Source of the DNA: the human T2T-CHM13v2.0 reference genome, Homo sapiens
Length of the DNA stretch: 64,000 bases
Strand: one strand, 5' to 3'
NCBI RefSeq assembly: GCF_009914755.1
Contig: NC_060933.1
Shown here: positions 41,700-55,939 of the stretch, piece after piece
Position numbering within the stretch: position 1 is the stretch's first letter
Layout: each line of letters begins with the position of its first letter
Notes under the pieces: generated by a model
What the model saw: only the letters and a program-made list of their open reading frames with translations
Told to the model about the DNA's origin: nothing
Databases searched by the model: none
Program-made: the position numbers and the translations under genes

Positions 41700-42860
41700 G
41701 GAGTGAACAAGGAGAGAAAGAGCACAGAACACAGAAAAAGACGCTGTAGGTCAAAAGAACACAACAGCCATGAAGAATCATTGTAAAAACATCCCTATGA
41801 AATAATTCTACTGCAAAAAAAGGAGAATATTTTTTAGAATTCCCAGTTTATCTCCTCAAATTCAACAAGATTCAAGCGGCCACTTTATGTATGAAACTAG
41901 AGCAAACACTCACAAAGGGGGAACTCCAAAGACAGTATAGAGATGAAAAACAGATTTGCCAAATTTAAAACATGGTAAAGACATGAATTGCAGATTAGAT
42001 TATAGGAGAGAAAACAAATTAATAATATCTCATTTCAAGAAAAAAACCATGAACATTAGAGCAAAAAAAAAAATATATGGTTACCAGCAAAGAACAGATT
42101 GATCCCAGACTTCTCCATAACAATAATAGTTAAAAATAGAAATGAAGCAATAACCACCGAGCTGTCAAAGAAAAAGATTATGATGCAATTATTCAATATC
42201 CACTAGTGTCATCATTCTTGGGTAAAGATAATAGAAAAAGTCCTCAGAATATATAAAGTCAAAGAGCATTATGCTATGTATCTTTCCTGAAAAAATCCTC
42301 AAAAAACCTGCAACTAGTAGAGAAAAGACTCAAAATAAGGAGCTTAGAAAATGGAGAAGTGTTACTATAAAAGGGCTGGTGGTAAGCATGAATTTAAATG
42401 TTCTAATTAAAATTTAATGTCATTTGCAAGACTGTAAAAACTTAAGGCAAATTTTAAAAACCGTTTTTATTTAAAATGCAAAATGTAATAAAAACAATAA
42501 TTTTTAAATCATAATAATCAAATCCTAAAACTTCAGCACAAGAAAGTTATAGAAAAGATGCCACATTTCTTATCTTACAATCAGTAGTATTTTATTCATG
42601 ATTTTGAAAACTAGAGAAAAATAAGTAAAATATTTAATTAGAAAATTAATCTGAATGAAAAAACAAGATTTATAACTTCCAAGTTGCAAAAGGCAAAAAG
42701 GGCAAAGAAATATTTTATGTAGGCAAAGAAAAAAGGCTAATGATGTTTTTTAAAATGTGTTTGAGCAGTGAATTTATATCCTTTATAGCTATTTTCTATT
42801 TTGTTTACAATGACCAAGTATAACCTGTATAATCAGAAACCAAAAATAAATATTAGAGAA
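41700..42860 (+). mobile_element. Degenerate L1M fragments (ORF1/inter-ORF and 3' parts)
   Basis: cagacttctccataacaata, aattattcaatatcc, A-rich; very diverged. Confidence 0.5.
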
Positions 42861-43065
42861 AATCCTGGGGCTCAAAGAGCAAGAATTTCACAAGAGACAT
42901 TCCCATTTGTCATCACCTGCAAAGTCAGTCAGTCAACATGTACATACAAATGGCCTCAGAAGACCAAGTAAGGAGACAGAGCCTAGTCACACAGTGAAAA
43001 CCTCGAAAAAGAGCACTGTCAAGGGATTTTTTTTCTTTCTTGACTACAGGTTTTTGTTATTTTTT

Positions 43066-43115
43066 GTGCGTGCATGCATGCATGCATGTATGCATGTGTG
43101 TGTGTGTGTGTGTGT
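43066..43115. repeat. (TGCA)n(TG)n compound alternating purine-pyrimidine repeat
   Basis: Seen directly. Confidence 0.92.
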
Positions 43116-44737
43116 TTAGTATGTCTATTCAATTTCTTGCAATGCACACTTGGGCAATAAATCCTGGTCTGTCCACTGATTAAAGGGTATCAGAAAAATA
43201 AGGAATTTAAAAAAATCAACCGTAATGTAACCCCCTTGCCCTACCCATGGAGAACTAAGGCCCAGAAAAGTAAGTGGCTTGTTCATGTCAGGCCAATAGA
43301 GTTAGTTCCAATAAATGTATGGGATTAGCAGGAATACTATAAAACTCACAGTTTTATGAAGCCTTGAGGGCCTTGGATAAGGCTCAATAAAAATGCCCTG
43401 TTGAATATGTAGGAACCTGCCGAGCAGAGGAGATTTCTAAGATACTGGCCAGCTCTAAAACTTTATGGTTGGGGGAATTAATTGGCTACTTTGTCTTCCA
43501 GATTTTGAGACTTACAGGTTGCTCTTCTGGGTCTCCTTCAGATTCTGGCCTGAAACTATTGGAAAGCCTGCCTGGCTGGTAGCTGAGCTATTGGATCGGC
43601 TTCTCAGCCATTCCAAAACTCAGGCTCAGAAATCTTCCAGTTGCTATCTCCAGGAGAGAGCAAGATTGGAGATAAGATACCTATATATAAAATCATTAAT
43701 ACATTTAAAAAGTACATGAGCCTCAACGCACACTAAAAGACCAGTCCCTGAGTCTGGAACAGCCAGCAGTGACTTTCACAGATTCTTATTATCTGTGACT
43801 AAGGTTTCTTTTTAACTTATCTGTCAAATACTAGCTTGTTGTTTTTTCCAGAACGTAAAACAGTTTCTTTTTTTCAACTGCATGCCTACCTTCAGATTGA
43901 GGTGAGAAGTGCCTTGAAATGAAAGTAAATGTAGAGAGGTGCTTTTTTGGTCTACAGTGCATACTTACAGGGAAATTAAGCCATTAAATTTAGTCAAGAG
44001 CCTTTTACAGCTGTTTTGTTATTTTGCCAAAGCTCTTTTATGAAAGATTTGGGAATCATTCTAAAATACCATTGTGCATTTTAGAAGAAAAACTAACTCC
44101 AAGGACACTATGCCTTCTCCAGCTTGAGGTGTAACTCTGAGAATTTCCATCTGGAAGCGGAAGCCTGTGGATGTCAGGAAGATAAGCTTTGGACATTCTC
44201 CAGCTGTCCCTGACATGACTGTCAGAGGCCAGGAGAGACCCAGGGAACATGGCCTATGGTATCAAGGCACAGGGGCAGCCATTTCAGCCACAGTCCATTT
44301 TGTCCAGCTTACTTTTATCTGTAATCAAAATACTCAAGTGATTCTGACTATAAATATATATAATATATGACTTCCATATTGGATCTTAATTCTCACTACC
44401 TCTGCTTAAGTTGAGATTTTGTGGTTGAGTCAGCTTTATAGAATAGTATTTCCGATTCTTCAATTAGTTCACCCCCTCCTTATCAGAAGTTCCATACAGA
44501 TCCATTCTGAGCTGAATTCCCCTCTCATGGGGATAATGATTTAATGGATAATGACTTAGGATAAGTTCAGCTTTGCACCAGGGAAAACTAGTAAGCAAAT
44601 TGACAAAGACTGCTTACTGGGAAGTTTTGTTTGTTAAAGAAGGTCTCTCAGACATGTAATAAGGCTATGTCCCTAGACACAGTACTGTCTCTCTATACAC
44701 TGTGACCAAAAAGTCTCCACAGGAAGTGGTGGTTACT

Positions 44738-44883
44738 CTGTGTGTGTGCATGTGCGTAAGTATTTGTGTGTGTGTGCGTGTGCGTAAGTATTTGTGTGTG
44801 TGTGAGAGAGAGAGATGCAGAGCAAGCGAGAGAGAAAGGAGGGTGTGTATGTGGGTAGTGAGTATGTATGTGTGTGTATATGT
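44738..44883. repeat. Degenerate TG/GA low-complexity repeat with internal duplication gtgcgtaagtatttgtgtgtgtg
   Basis: Seen directly. Confidence 0.9.
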
Positions 44884-47539
44884 AAGCTGTACATATTTCT
44901 CTCTCGCATATCCAGGTGAAAGACTTTGGGTTATTATTCTGTTATTACTCTGCCCCAAATATCCAAATTGTTATATCCCAAAGCAAGTAATCAGCACTTA
45001 AATATTTAAATAATTATGCAATCAACTAATCAATTAAGTCATCTGTTGCCAGCAAGTCTCCAATTATTTACAAGAATGCTTTTTACAGTTCTTTTATGGG
45101 CTAGGTATAAAAGCCTAGGTAAGACAGAAAAGAGCTTCTCAACACAGTAGCAAAATTAAAGCACCCTGCTTTATGTACCTGTATGTTAGCACTCAGAAAT
45201 ATGCACATGTACCCTCACAGGAAACAGCTTTGTCATTATTTTTTCCTTTCACCACTGAAGTCTTTTTTCTTCCTTTAAAACTTGTTTATGATGCTTTGAC
45301 CAATGTTATGCAAAAAGATCTGTAAGATCTTTCAGTTTGAACTAATACACTAGAAGTTACCACTCAGGAATTAGCAATTATCACAAAGTAGTCCTTGAAT
45401 TTAACTAAGGAGACAATGCAACGTTGGGAGGCATGGGCTTCAAATGCCTATAGACACATTTCAGAGGTATGATGTATGGGAAATGTCCCAGCAGATAACT
45501 GTTATGTAACCATTGGGCCAATGTGAATAAAGAAATAACTCATAAGTAGATGTCCTTAATCAAAACCTTGCAGTCTCTCTCTCTCTCTCTCCCGATTTTT
45601 CAAGGTACAGAGGAACACTTTCAACATTCCAAAATGATCCTAGAGAAACAGAAAATGTTATCAATTAACTCTCCTGAAGCCAAACTAAACACTAACTTTG
45701 CCAATGAGATATGATGGGGTTAGATTAGAATAAGGATTTGAAATAAACTATTTCTAATTCACCCATGACCTTGAAAACTCCATCAATGTTTATTTTTCTA
45801 CCCTGGATATCAGATTTTGAGTTTTAAAAGGAGTGCATGAATATCTGCTAAATGCTAAGGAAAAGAATACTATGCAAAAGCTTAAAATGGCAGCTGCCAA
45901 TATTGGTACCCTTTAGGAGCTCTTACTATTACATGTCTGTTCCCAGAACTGCTAAAATCAGAGGAAAGAAGGACAAAACTCACTTTTCCCTTTGCCATCC
46001 TCCTTGAAACACACAATTTCTAATTTGCCATTTTCATTCTTTGGGAGAAAAATTATTAAGGTGGTTTTATAATTTTAAAGCATTTTCCTAATATATCATT
46101 TTAAAAGTCACCCTGAGAATTTCAAGAGAGCCACAAGAATGTATCCATAACAATGCAAAAGATAAACAATAGAATATCAAGAAACACACCAGAGGAGGCA
46201 AGGCAACAGGTAACACTGACCTGCATTTGTAGAACTCGCTTTGGCCAGAGAATAAAGCAGACAGCTCTGTACAACATAAAAGATGGAGTTCAACATATGC
46301 TAGGTCTTCCTGTTGTCTCAGCCACTAAAGAAGTCCAGGCAAAGCTGTGCAGGGATGTCTTCTTAAATCATGAAAATCAACCCTTTATCCTTTACTTCCA
46401 TTCTGTATTTTGTCTTAGGGGTCTTTCCTTTATAGGATGGACTGCTTTCAAGTTACTCATCTCCTTTCTTAGAGGTCACCTTGATAATATTAGTTAGGCT
46501 TGACCATTTTCTAAGTATAGGCTCACATACAACTCAAACCCGTCAAAGATGGGCTCTCTACGCCATTCACAATCAGTGCAGTTTGAAATACTGTGAAAAG
46601 ATTCAAACTATTAAGCCCTTAGTTGACAAGTCCAAAGCATACAATGTTCCCATGTGGTGGGTGGGTACAGTCTCATGGCAGGTCAACTCTCCCACGACAA
46701 TGGAATCAGCATGTCTTTAATCTATGCATAACACTTGGACAGTAATGGGTTATTTTTATTTATTTTTTTGAGGTGGGTGTTTCTTTAAAACTTCCAGCAA
46801 CATTTAAAAATAGTCATTATTGAGCTATCAGGATTTGATTCCCATGTATAAAATGCATTCACTGTAAATAAAACATGACATTTTTCCTCTTTATAATTCA
46901 CTGAAAAGTTTAGCCAAGCATGAACTTTTTTTTAATGACATCCTGCTTATTACCGAGATTTCTGCACATGACAGGGTATTGGCTTTCTAAAGAGAACTGT
47001 TTTTTTTTGTTGTTGTTGTTATATCACTGTGCTGCTGTTGTTGTTTAGTTTCTTTCTTCTATATAAGTAGAATGAATTTAAAAAGAGAACCTTGTAATAC
47101 ACATGAACAGCCTAACCGAGTCATACTTATCATTTTATAGTTCACGTACAGCCCCAAATCGAACTGAAAGCCCAAATTAACAGTAAAACAACTCTTAAAT
47201 AAAAGCATATGCTTTAACTATACAGCATGATGTTTGTATTTATAATTCTTTTTCACTTGGGTTTACTGCTTTTTTCTTTAAAAAAAAAAAAATTGGTCCC
47301 TTAAGTAATTATACACCCCTTTTTGGTAAAAATGGCTGCCAATCTCAAATTGGAAAGCAGGCTTATAACCTTGCAACCGATACATTTGAGTTGCACGCCT
47401 GTTCCTCAAACACCCATCAACTGAAATGTATAGTAGAGACAGAGATACATTCACCTGCCACAATCTACAAGCATGATCGCTACAGCTGGGCTAGCATAGA
47501 GCACTGACGGCAACATTCATCTGAACACAGGATGCTCCA

Positions 47540-47716
47540 AGTAGTGCGTCTCAAACCTCAGTGCACAATCAAATCACCTGGGGATTTGCTGTATCTTCCA
47601 ATCACCAGGTCTCACAGCACACCTTTTGGATTCAGAAGATCTTGGATGGAGCCTAGAATTTTGAATGAACACCCAGGTCATTCTAAAGCATTCATGGGCT
47701 CCCACTTTCTGAAAGT
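47540..47716. mobile_element. MER5-like MITE
   Basis: tctcaaacctcagtgcacaatcaaatcacctgggga...cccaggtcattctaa. Confidence 0.7.
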
Positions 47717-47954
47717 CACTCATAAGTGGATCCTGCATCTCCACGCCCAGGCTTAGAGAGCTGGTAGACAGACACTCAGGGTGGGACAGGTAGGCAAAGC
47801 TAGCTAAGAAATACAACGCACAGCTGCAAAGCAGAAACTCAGGATTGCCCCTGCTGGTGGTTCATGAAAAGGCGGATGTTGCTGTCCTATCATATTTCTC
47901 TCCCTCAAAGAACTCCTCCCTAACCCTGACCAGGACATACCACCTACGCGGCAG

Positions 47955-48138
47955 TCGGATTACCTGAATTCAAACGCTTGCTCCCCCAATAGCTTAGCTT
48001 CTGCCTCAGTTTCTTCATCTCTCATATGGGTATAATAATGAGTTACTAGAAATTGTTTAAATAAATTATTTAAGTAAAATTACGCATGAAAGTGTATATA
48101 GAGCAGCACCTGGCACATAGGAGGTGCTCAGTAATTGC
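47955..48138 (+). mobile_element. MIR SINE
   Basis: cctgaattcaaac...gcctcagtttcttcatct...gcacctggcacataggaggtgctcag. Confidence 0.8.
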
Positions 48139-49369
48139 TCTGTGTGTGTCTGATGTGTGTAAGTACACAAAGTCCTGCTTACAATGCAGAAGAGAAAAGA
48201 GTCACTGAAGAAGTAAGCTGTAGAAGGCCATCATACGAACTGAGAGCCAAGGTGCAAGTTTGAAGTTTTATTCATTTAAATTTGTACAAGACATGCACTC
48301 CAAGCATTTCCTCCCACTCTCTAGTATTTCTATTTCTCCAGCTCCCTTCCGCCGGACTGGTTCCTCATCCCAATGCAAGTCACAAGTTAGTCTTCTTGCT
48401 AATTTATTGTTGAGCTAGCTCCAGCCTAGGGATGGTCAATATCATGAACCAGGGGTCTCTAGGGGAGCAGGGTCATTTCAGGGTGGGTCCCCAAACCATA
48501 GTTTGGGTTCAGGCTGAAACAGCACCCAACCTAAGCCATGACTTGGTGTCCTCATCATCTGGGCTTTGTCAGAGAAATTCTAGAAATTTAGTTCTCCTCT
48601 TTCCTGATTCCTTGTTTTGTATGCCCTTTGTGGCTCATATATCTGTAAACACTCACCTACTCCTCCTGTTAGTAATTTATGGAAGGCTGATGTCATCAAG
48701 CCCCACAATCCTGAGAGATTCAGACAAATTTCCATCCCGGTTCTCCATCTCTTCTGTGATCAATGTCCTAAGCTGGTTTCCTCCCTCATCAGATATAAAG
48801 ATTCTACCCAACTGTATTATATTTTCTTTCTTATGGCTCTATATTTTATAACTGAATCATTTACTGTATCATAGGAGATGTGCTTTCCCTATTCCATTGA
48901 TTTGGAAACTCCATCACTATGAAGCCAAGTTTGGGGCCCCACTCCTCTACCAGCACCTTTTCTTAGATAGCATTAACTTAAAGCAACATCATAGGACTTA
49001 ATTTCATTTCAGCCTCCTGGTCTCAGCCATCTCTGTCACTTCCAAAGCCACCATGATCTTGGTAACGAGATCTTGCCTCCATTTGGTCATTAGGCATTTT
49101 TACCAAACTACAGAATTTTAGAGCCTGAAGCCAATTCAAGAGGATCATCTACCATGATCTTCTTTCTTCTCCAAATACAGAAACTGTAGTTCTCCTTTAA
49201 GAGACTTGCTCAAGGTCACATAGTTAGGGAGCAGCATAGAGTTTTCTGATCTCATGATGAAGACAACAGACGTACTCACCAAATAAGTAGCTACCATAGG
49301 AAGAAAATTCATTCAGTGATGGAATTGAGCCTTTAAAAGACTGAGATGAACAACAACACAACAACAACA

Positions 49370-49530
49370 ACAAAGGGAATTTCTGGAGGAGATGAATACG
49401 TTCAGTGCATTTACTGTGGCGATGGTACCACGAGTGTATGCATATGTCCAACCTCATCAAAATGTATACATTAAATATGTGCAACTTTTATCAATTAGAT
49501 GTCAGTAAGATTTATTGAAAGCTTAAAAAT
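49370..49530 (+). mobile_element. L1MC-type 3' end fragment
   Basis: gtgtatgcatatgtccaacctcatcaaaatgtatacattaaatatgtgca. Confidence 0.7.
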
Positions 49531-49544
49531 AAAAAAGATATTCA

Positions 49545-49853
49545 GGCCGGGCGCGGTGGCTGACACCTATAATCCCAGCACTTTGGGAGGCTGAGGTGGG
49601 CGGATGACAAGGTCAGGAGATAGAGACCATCCTGGCTAACAAGGTGAAACCCGTCTCTACTAAAAATACAAAAAAAAAAAAAAATTAGCTGGGCATAGTG
49701 GCGGGTGCCTGTACTCCCAGCTACTCGGGAGGCTGAGGCGGAAGAATGGTGTGAACCCAGGAGGCGGAGCTGGCTGTGAGCCGAGATCGTGCCACTGCAC
49801 TCCAGACTGGATGACAGAGCGAGACTCCGTCTCAAAACAAAACAAAACAAAAC
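49545..49853 (+). mobile_element. Full-length AluY/Sc-like SINE with (CAAAA)n tail
   Basis: ggccgggcgcggtggc start; TSD aaaaaagatattca 49531-49544 / aaaaaagatattcg 49854-49867. Confidence 0.97.
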
Positions 49854-49879
49854 AAAAAAGATATTCGATAGGGATCAAT

Positions 49880-50420
49880 ATATAGCCTAGACATAGGTGC
49901 TAAAAAGAGTTTTTAGGATATTTGCAAAAGATTTATTCAAAATAGCTCAAAACCAGAAACAACCCAAGTGCCCACCAAGAAGTGTATGCATAGGCAACCT
50001 GTGATATAGTCGTACAATGCAACATTAATCATCAATAAAAAGGAACTACTTAACCATGCAGCAACAGATAAATCTCAAGAACATTATACTGAGGAAAAGA
50101 AGTGAGAAACAAAAGTGTACATACAGCATTATTCCATTTATGTAAAATTCCTTTAAAGGCAAATCTAATCTAAAGGAATAGAAAGCAGAGAAGTGGCTCC
50201 TTAGGCCCAGAGCCAACAGAAGGATTGACTGCAAAGGAACACCTCACGAAGAAAAAATTAGTACTTTGTGAGGTGATGGAAATGTTCCATATATTGACTG
50301 TGGTGGTGGTTTCACAAGGGTACACATTGGTCAAATTTCATGGAACTTTATATTTAAAATGTAAAATATTTACACTCTATTTAATGTAAATTATAGCCCA
50401 ACAAGTTGATTAAACAATAC
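49880..50420 (+). mobile_element. L1MD/ME-type 3' fragment
   Basis: aatagctcaaaaccagaaacaacccaagtg...aatctcaagaacattatactgag...gatggaaatgttc. Confidence 0.8.
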
Positions 50421-50559
50421 ATTTTAAATCTGTAGAGTGTAGGAAGACTTGATTAATGAGTTCCATCTACTATCCCATAAGAACTATAATCTCCATGTGA
50501 AAAAAATATTAAATTTTAAATGATTATAAATTTACCACGGAGTAACATAATTGCAAAAG

Positions 50560-51745
<1,186 letters not shown>

Positions 51746-51819
51746 GAAAGAGATTTTGTTTTTCTGTCTGCTTCTTTGTTTCTCATTTAAAGCTGATTCA
51801 ACAACAGAACAGGAAACCC

Positions 51820-52338
51820 TGGGTTGGCCGTTAAGCTATTGCATCTCAGCTTAAGAAAATATCCTTCTATGCTGTTCTTTGAGACACTGGAAATCTACAA
51901 TATTTCTCCTTTGCCAGGGTAGTCCCTGTCGGCCTCTACCAACAGGGGGCGCGGGGGGGTAAGTGAAGGAAAGAGAAAGGGCGGGCTGGTCCTGTTCTCT
52001 TGTCAGCGTCCCTCCACTAAAGGTTCTTCATCTTGGCAGCAGCAGTGGATTCCAGTTTGTCATTTTGCCAACACTCCCAGAACCAGCCTCCTTAGCAGTC
52101 TCTTCCTCAGAAATCTGGTTCCCAGCTCCATACCTTCCTCTGAGCTTCTAAGTTTTAATAATTCCAATCTCTTTCCTTTGTTCCTATCTCAAGAGGGAAT
52201 AGCTATTTTATGCAGTCACTTTCTTCCCTTTTTTACTTTCCCAGTTTTCTGATACCTAGTTCACAATTCTTTATAGTGAGCTCTCTGTTAAAATGACTGG
52301 TGTGATTCCAGTCTCTTCATTGGACCCTGAATGATATG
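51820..52338 (+). mobile_element. LTR33-family solo LTR (second copy)
   Basis: atttctcctttgccag...ccaacagggggcgc; end ctctctgttaaaatgactggtgtg...tggaccctgaatgata. Confidence 0.75.
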
Positions 52339-54562
52339 GTCCCCCATTGCTGGAGCTAAGTAAATTGAGAATGAATTATCTCTGGCCTAAGAATTTGTAA
52401 AAGAAATTTCTGGACCGAAAGTAAGTTACACCAGACCAGTGGTCTTAAAATCATTTTTTTCAATATAATCCTTTTTGCAAATATAATATTATGTCAAACC
52501 CAATATGTATCAAAGCAGTGGTGCTTTGGCTAAAATGGAGGTATGGAGTATCCTGCCCCTACCTGCCTGGCCCCATTCCACCAGATGCTTCTGCAAAGTC
52601 CTGCTCCTGACCCATTCTTCTGGGAAACCCCTGGGTTCAGCAGGGGTTTGTCTGACAATTTCTGATCTACACAACTCAAGTGCACTTCCAAATCTTCTGA
52701 TTCTGTAACAATATAATTCTTCTTGCATGGCCTCAAGGCTCTCTGGAGATCTATGTGGCCCAGTAACAGCTCAAGCAAAACACAGGAACCACCACAGGCT
52801 GCCTGGTATTTACCTAGCTGTCCCATCTACAGATCGGGCCGCAAAAGGAAGCCAAGAGATCTTTGCCAGCCAGGCAGGGTAAAGCGGTGGAGAAACCATT
52901 ATGATTGTGGTGCTGCCATTCCTGCTGTTAGGTTAAGGACAGGTCAGCATTTTTCACTATAATCCCCCTTCTTTCAGAGGTTTCTAACATGGCTATAAAA
53001 CTCTGCCCTAGCTTAAAGTTTGGCATGAAAGTTTTGGCTCCAGGCTGTCCTTTCTTTCAGTGAAACTACTATGAATGTGTTTAGCTACTTTAGAACTCAG
53101 AGAGGGCATTGGATCATCAGAATAAGAGAAGTCTGTGCTTTGAAATGCCTCCCCTCTGTCCCCCGCCCCACCCCACAACATCAGAAAAATGATTAAGCTA
53201 CCTTTTCTTAAAAACAAATGTTTTCCAGGTCTTTGGCTGAAAATACAGCCTTCCTTCTTTAGGAAACTGCTAAATAGAACCAAACTCTTCCAAGGTAAAA
53301 CAGCTTAATGCAAACAAGATATTTCATACTAAAGGAGGGTTTCCTGCACTCACATTCTACTGTGGTTTGGTTTCAGCTTGTATCATCATTACCTTCTCTG
53401 ATTCCCTGAAATAGGGTCCCATTGCTTTTGGAGTAAATTCCAAACATTTAAATTTTGCACAGATGACATTTATGCCTTGCACATACTCAACAATAGTCAA
53501 CATGGGTGGTAAGTGAAAGGTATTAGAATTATTCCCTCTTTGCAAATTAAAAGATTGAAGCCCAAAGAGTCTCACAGGCTTAAGATCCTAGTCAAAGGCA
53601 AACTAGGAAAAAGACTGTCTTGTACTTCCTCTGAGAGGTATGCTGCCTCCTTAAACTGCAGGATTTGCAAGCCATAGCGAAGAAAGCAAAAAGGGAGCCC
53701 ACCACCTGAAAGCCTCTACAAGTCTGGGGCAGTTCATCCCACTGATAAGATTCTCACCTGCATGTCCAGCAATGTTCCTGTCATCAGCGGAGGTCAGAGC
53801 AGTTTCAAAGTCCGCATTCTGTTCCTCTGCCTTTGGGATGCCGTTAAAGTCACAACCAGAGGAATGCCTTTATCCCCAAGCATGTCCCCAGTGCTGGGAA
53901 GAGCATGGCTATGGAGCCAGAGAAACCTAGCTTAAAATTCTACTTTTAAATCCACTCAAAATAAGGAAAGGCCTTCTTTTCTACCTTTGAAAGATGGATG
54001 TGAAAAAAAAAAAAAAAGAAAAAAGAAAACCTACCTGAAACAGGTTGCTGTAATCATTCAAAGCACCCAACACCCAACATGTAAGAGAAATTCAATGAAT
54101 CAGAGCTACTGATAAGTAAACATCAACACTGCTCTCTCAAAATTTAAAAAAAAGGGAAGAAAATAGAAGAAATAAGAAAAAGGTAGTTATTTAACAGACA
54201 CTTGTTGAAAAAAGAAAGGATACTCTGAATACTCTCCTCCTTAAGGGTGGAAAATATGCACAATGATTTAAGAAGGTGACATACAGGATCCATTTGGAAA
54301 ATGCTATTGTAAAAGTGTTTGTGCAGGAATCTGCCTGCTTGTCAAATTCAATGACTAACTATATTGGAACCCCCCTGGCTTTATGACTGGGTTGAAAACC
54401 GTGTGCTGTGGTTCCTATACTATCCTTTCTTCCAATTCTAAGACACCTGACATATTAGTTTTCCCATTTATTTTTCCAGCATTCTTGCATTCGTAAGCAT
54501 TTCCTGAGCACCCACCATGTCTCAGGTATTGTGCTAGGCACTAGAGACACAGAGGTAAGTGC

Positions 54563-54947
54563 CAGAGCTCAGATTAGGGTGAGGCATGATGTATTCCCCA
54601 TAGGTGAATCATTTAAGGGGGCTCCAAAAACTCAGTAATCAGGATAAAAAAACATTTTGATGCAGTATTTAAAATAATCAACATTAGTACAAAAAAATGC
54701 ATGATGAACAAATTATCAAAATTTTAAATAAAGACAAGATGATTTAATACTGCCCTGTTGTGCCATACTGGAGCTAAGGGAAAGGATAAATCACTAATGT
54801 GTATTCTACCCCATTTAAAATTTTGATATTTTGTTCACCAAGGATTTTAAAAATTAATACTGATTAAATATTACATTAAAATATTATTTACCTTTATTAT
54901 TGAGCTTTTGGCACCCCCTTAGATTTCTGACACTAATCCTGGCCCTG
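54563..54947. mobile_element. MER96B hAT-Tip100 palindromic MITE
   Basis: cagagc..tagggtgagg / ctaatcctggccctg termini; internal arms tgaacaaattatcaaaattttaaat / atttaaaattttgatattttgttca. Confidence 0.85.
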
Positions 54948-55589
54948 AGTAGGACATATTTTGTAGTTGGCTGAAAACTGAAATACTAATGTCAACAAAA
55001 GAGAGAAGTCTAGGGGCATTAAAATACATTACAAATAGCAAAGAAAGATAAAGTGAGGGGGCAGATAACGCAAGGCTCTTCAGTGGCAATACCTGCAGCC
55101 AGGCCTTCCGTTGGATCATCTTGACCCCCGGGCGTACATCGTACAACCTTCACACCCCCTTCACCTCTCAAGGAAACGGTGTTTGAGGTGGGTCTGCTTA
55201 CCACAGTCCTTGTCAACTTGCAGCAACACAGGGCAACTGATTTCATGAGCAGGGTTTCTACTCCACAGGGCGTTTTTCCAGTCTTGCCTGGCTTGTCCTT
55301 GATTACGGCAGTAGAGGGTAGAATCTGCCCCAGAACTGTTTGGCCATTAGCTATTCCTAGGTTACACAATGAGCTTCATATTCAGTGCAGGCCAGGCACT
55401 CAAATTCTTGCACATCACTAAGGAATACTGTGCTAGAGGGAAGCATGACTACCAGACAGAGCTGGTACAAAAATGACCCACTTACCTTCTATACAAAGTA
55501 TTATTAAGCATCTGGACCCTCCTAGCCAGGCCTCTGCAGTCCTTTGTCCTCACCACATTAACCCTTTTTACCCTGTCGCATATACTTAC

Positions 55590-55939
55590 TGCAATGGCAG
55601 AGGCTGCCAGCTGTGTAGTAAATTAGACTACATTTCCCAGCCTCCCTTGCACCTACATTTGGCCATGTACCTGGGTTTTGGCCAATGGGATGTGAGGAGA
55701 GCCACTTACCCGCTGTCAGTCCTCTCATGAGGAATCCTCATTTTCTTTGCTCTTTATCTGGCTAAATGGAGAAAACACTGTGGACCCCCACGATACTGGA
55801 ACCTAAGGTGGATGGAGCCTGGGTCCCTGGATAAACACGTGTAAAGCCCTCCCAACTAGTTGGAAATATATTTTGATTGTGCTAAGCCACTGTGATTTGG
55901 AGGGACTGTAATAGCAACCAGCCTATCGTGACTAATACA
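55590..55939 (+). mobile_element. MLT1-family (or LTR16-like) ERVL/MaLR solo LTR
   Basis: actacatttcccagcctcccttgca...ggccaatgggatgtgag...gagcctgggtccctg...tgactaataca. Confidence 0.8.

Noticed and set aside
47511-47520. aacattcat resembling the miR-181b 5' end
   Set aside because: Only 9 nt match and no hairpin
47845-47860. CTCF-like ccagcaggggcaa on the minus strand
   Set aside because: One G short of the core spacing
53752-53830. Strong minus-strand donor CAG|GTGAGA with a short open frame
   Set aside because: No polypyrimidine acceptor upstream; peptide unrecognised
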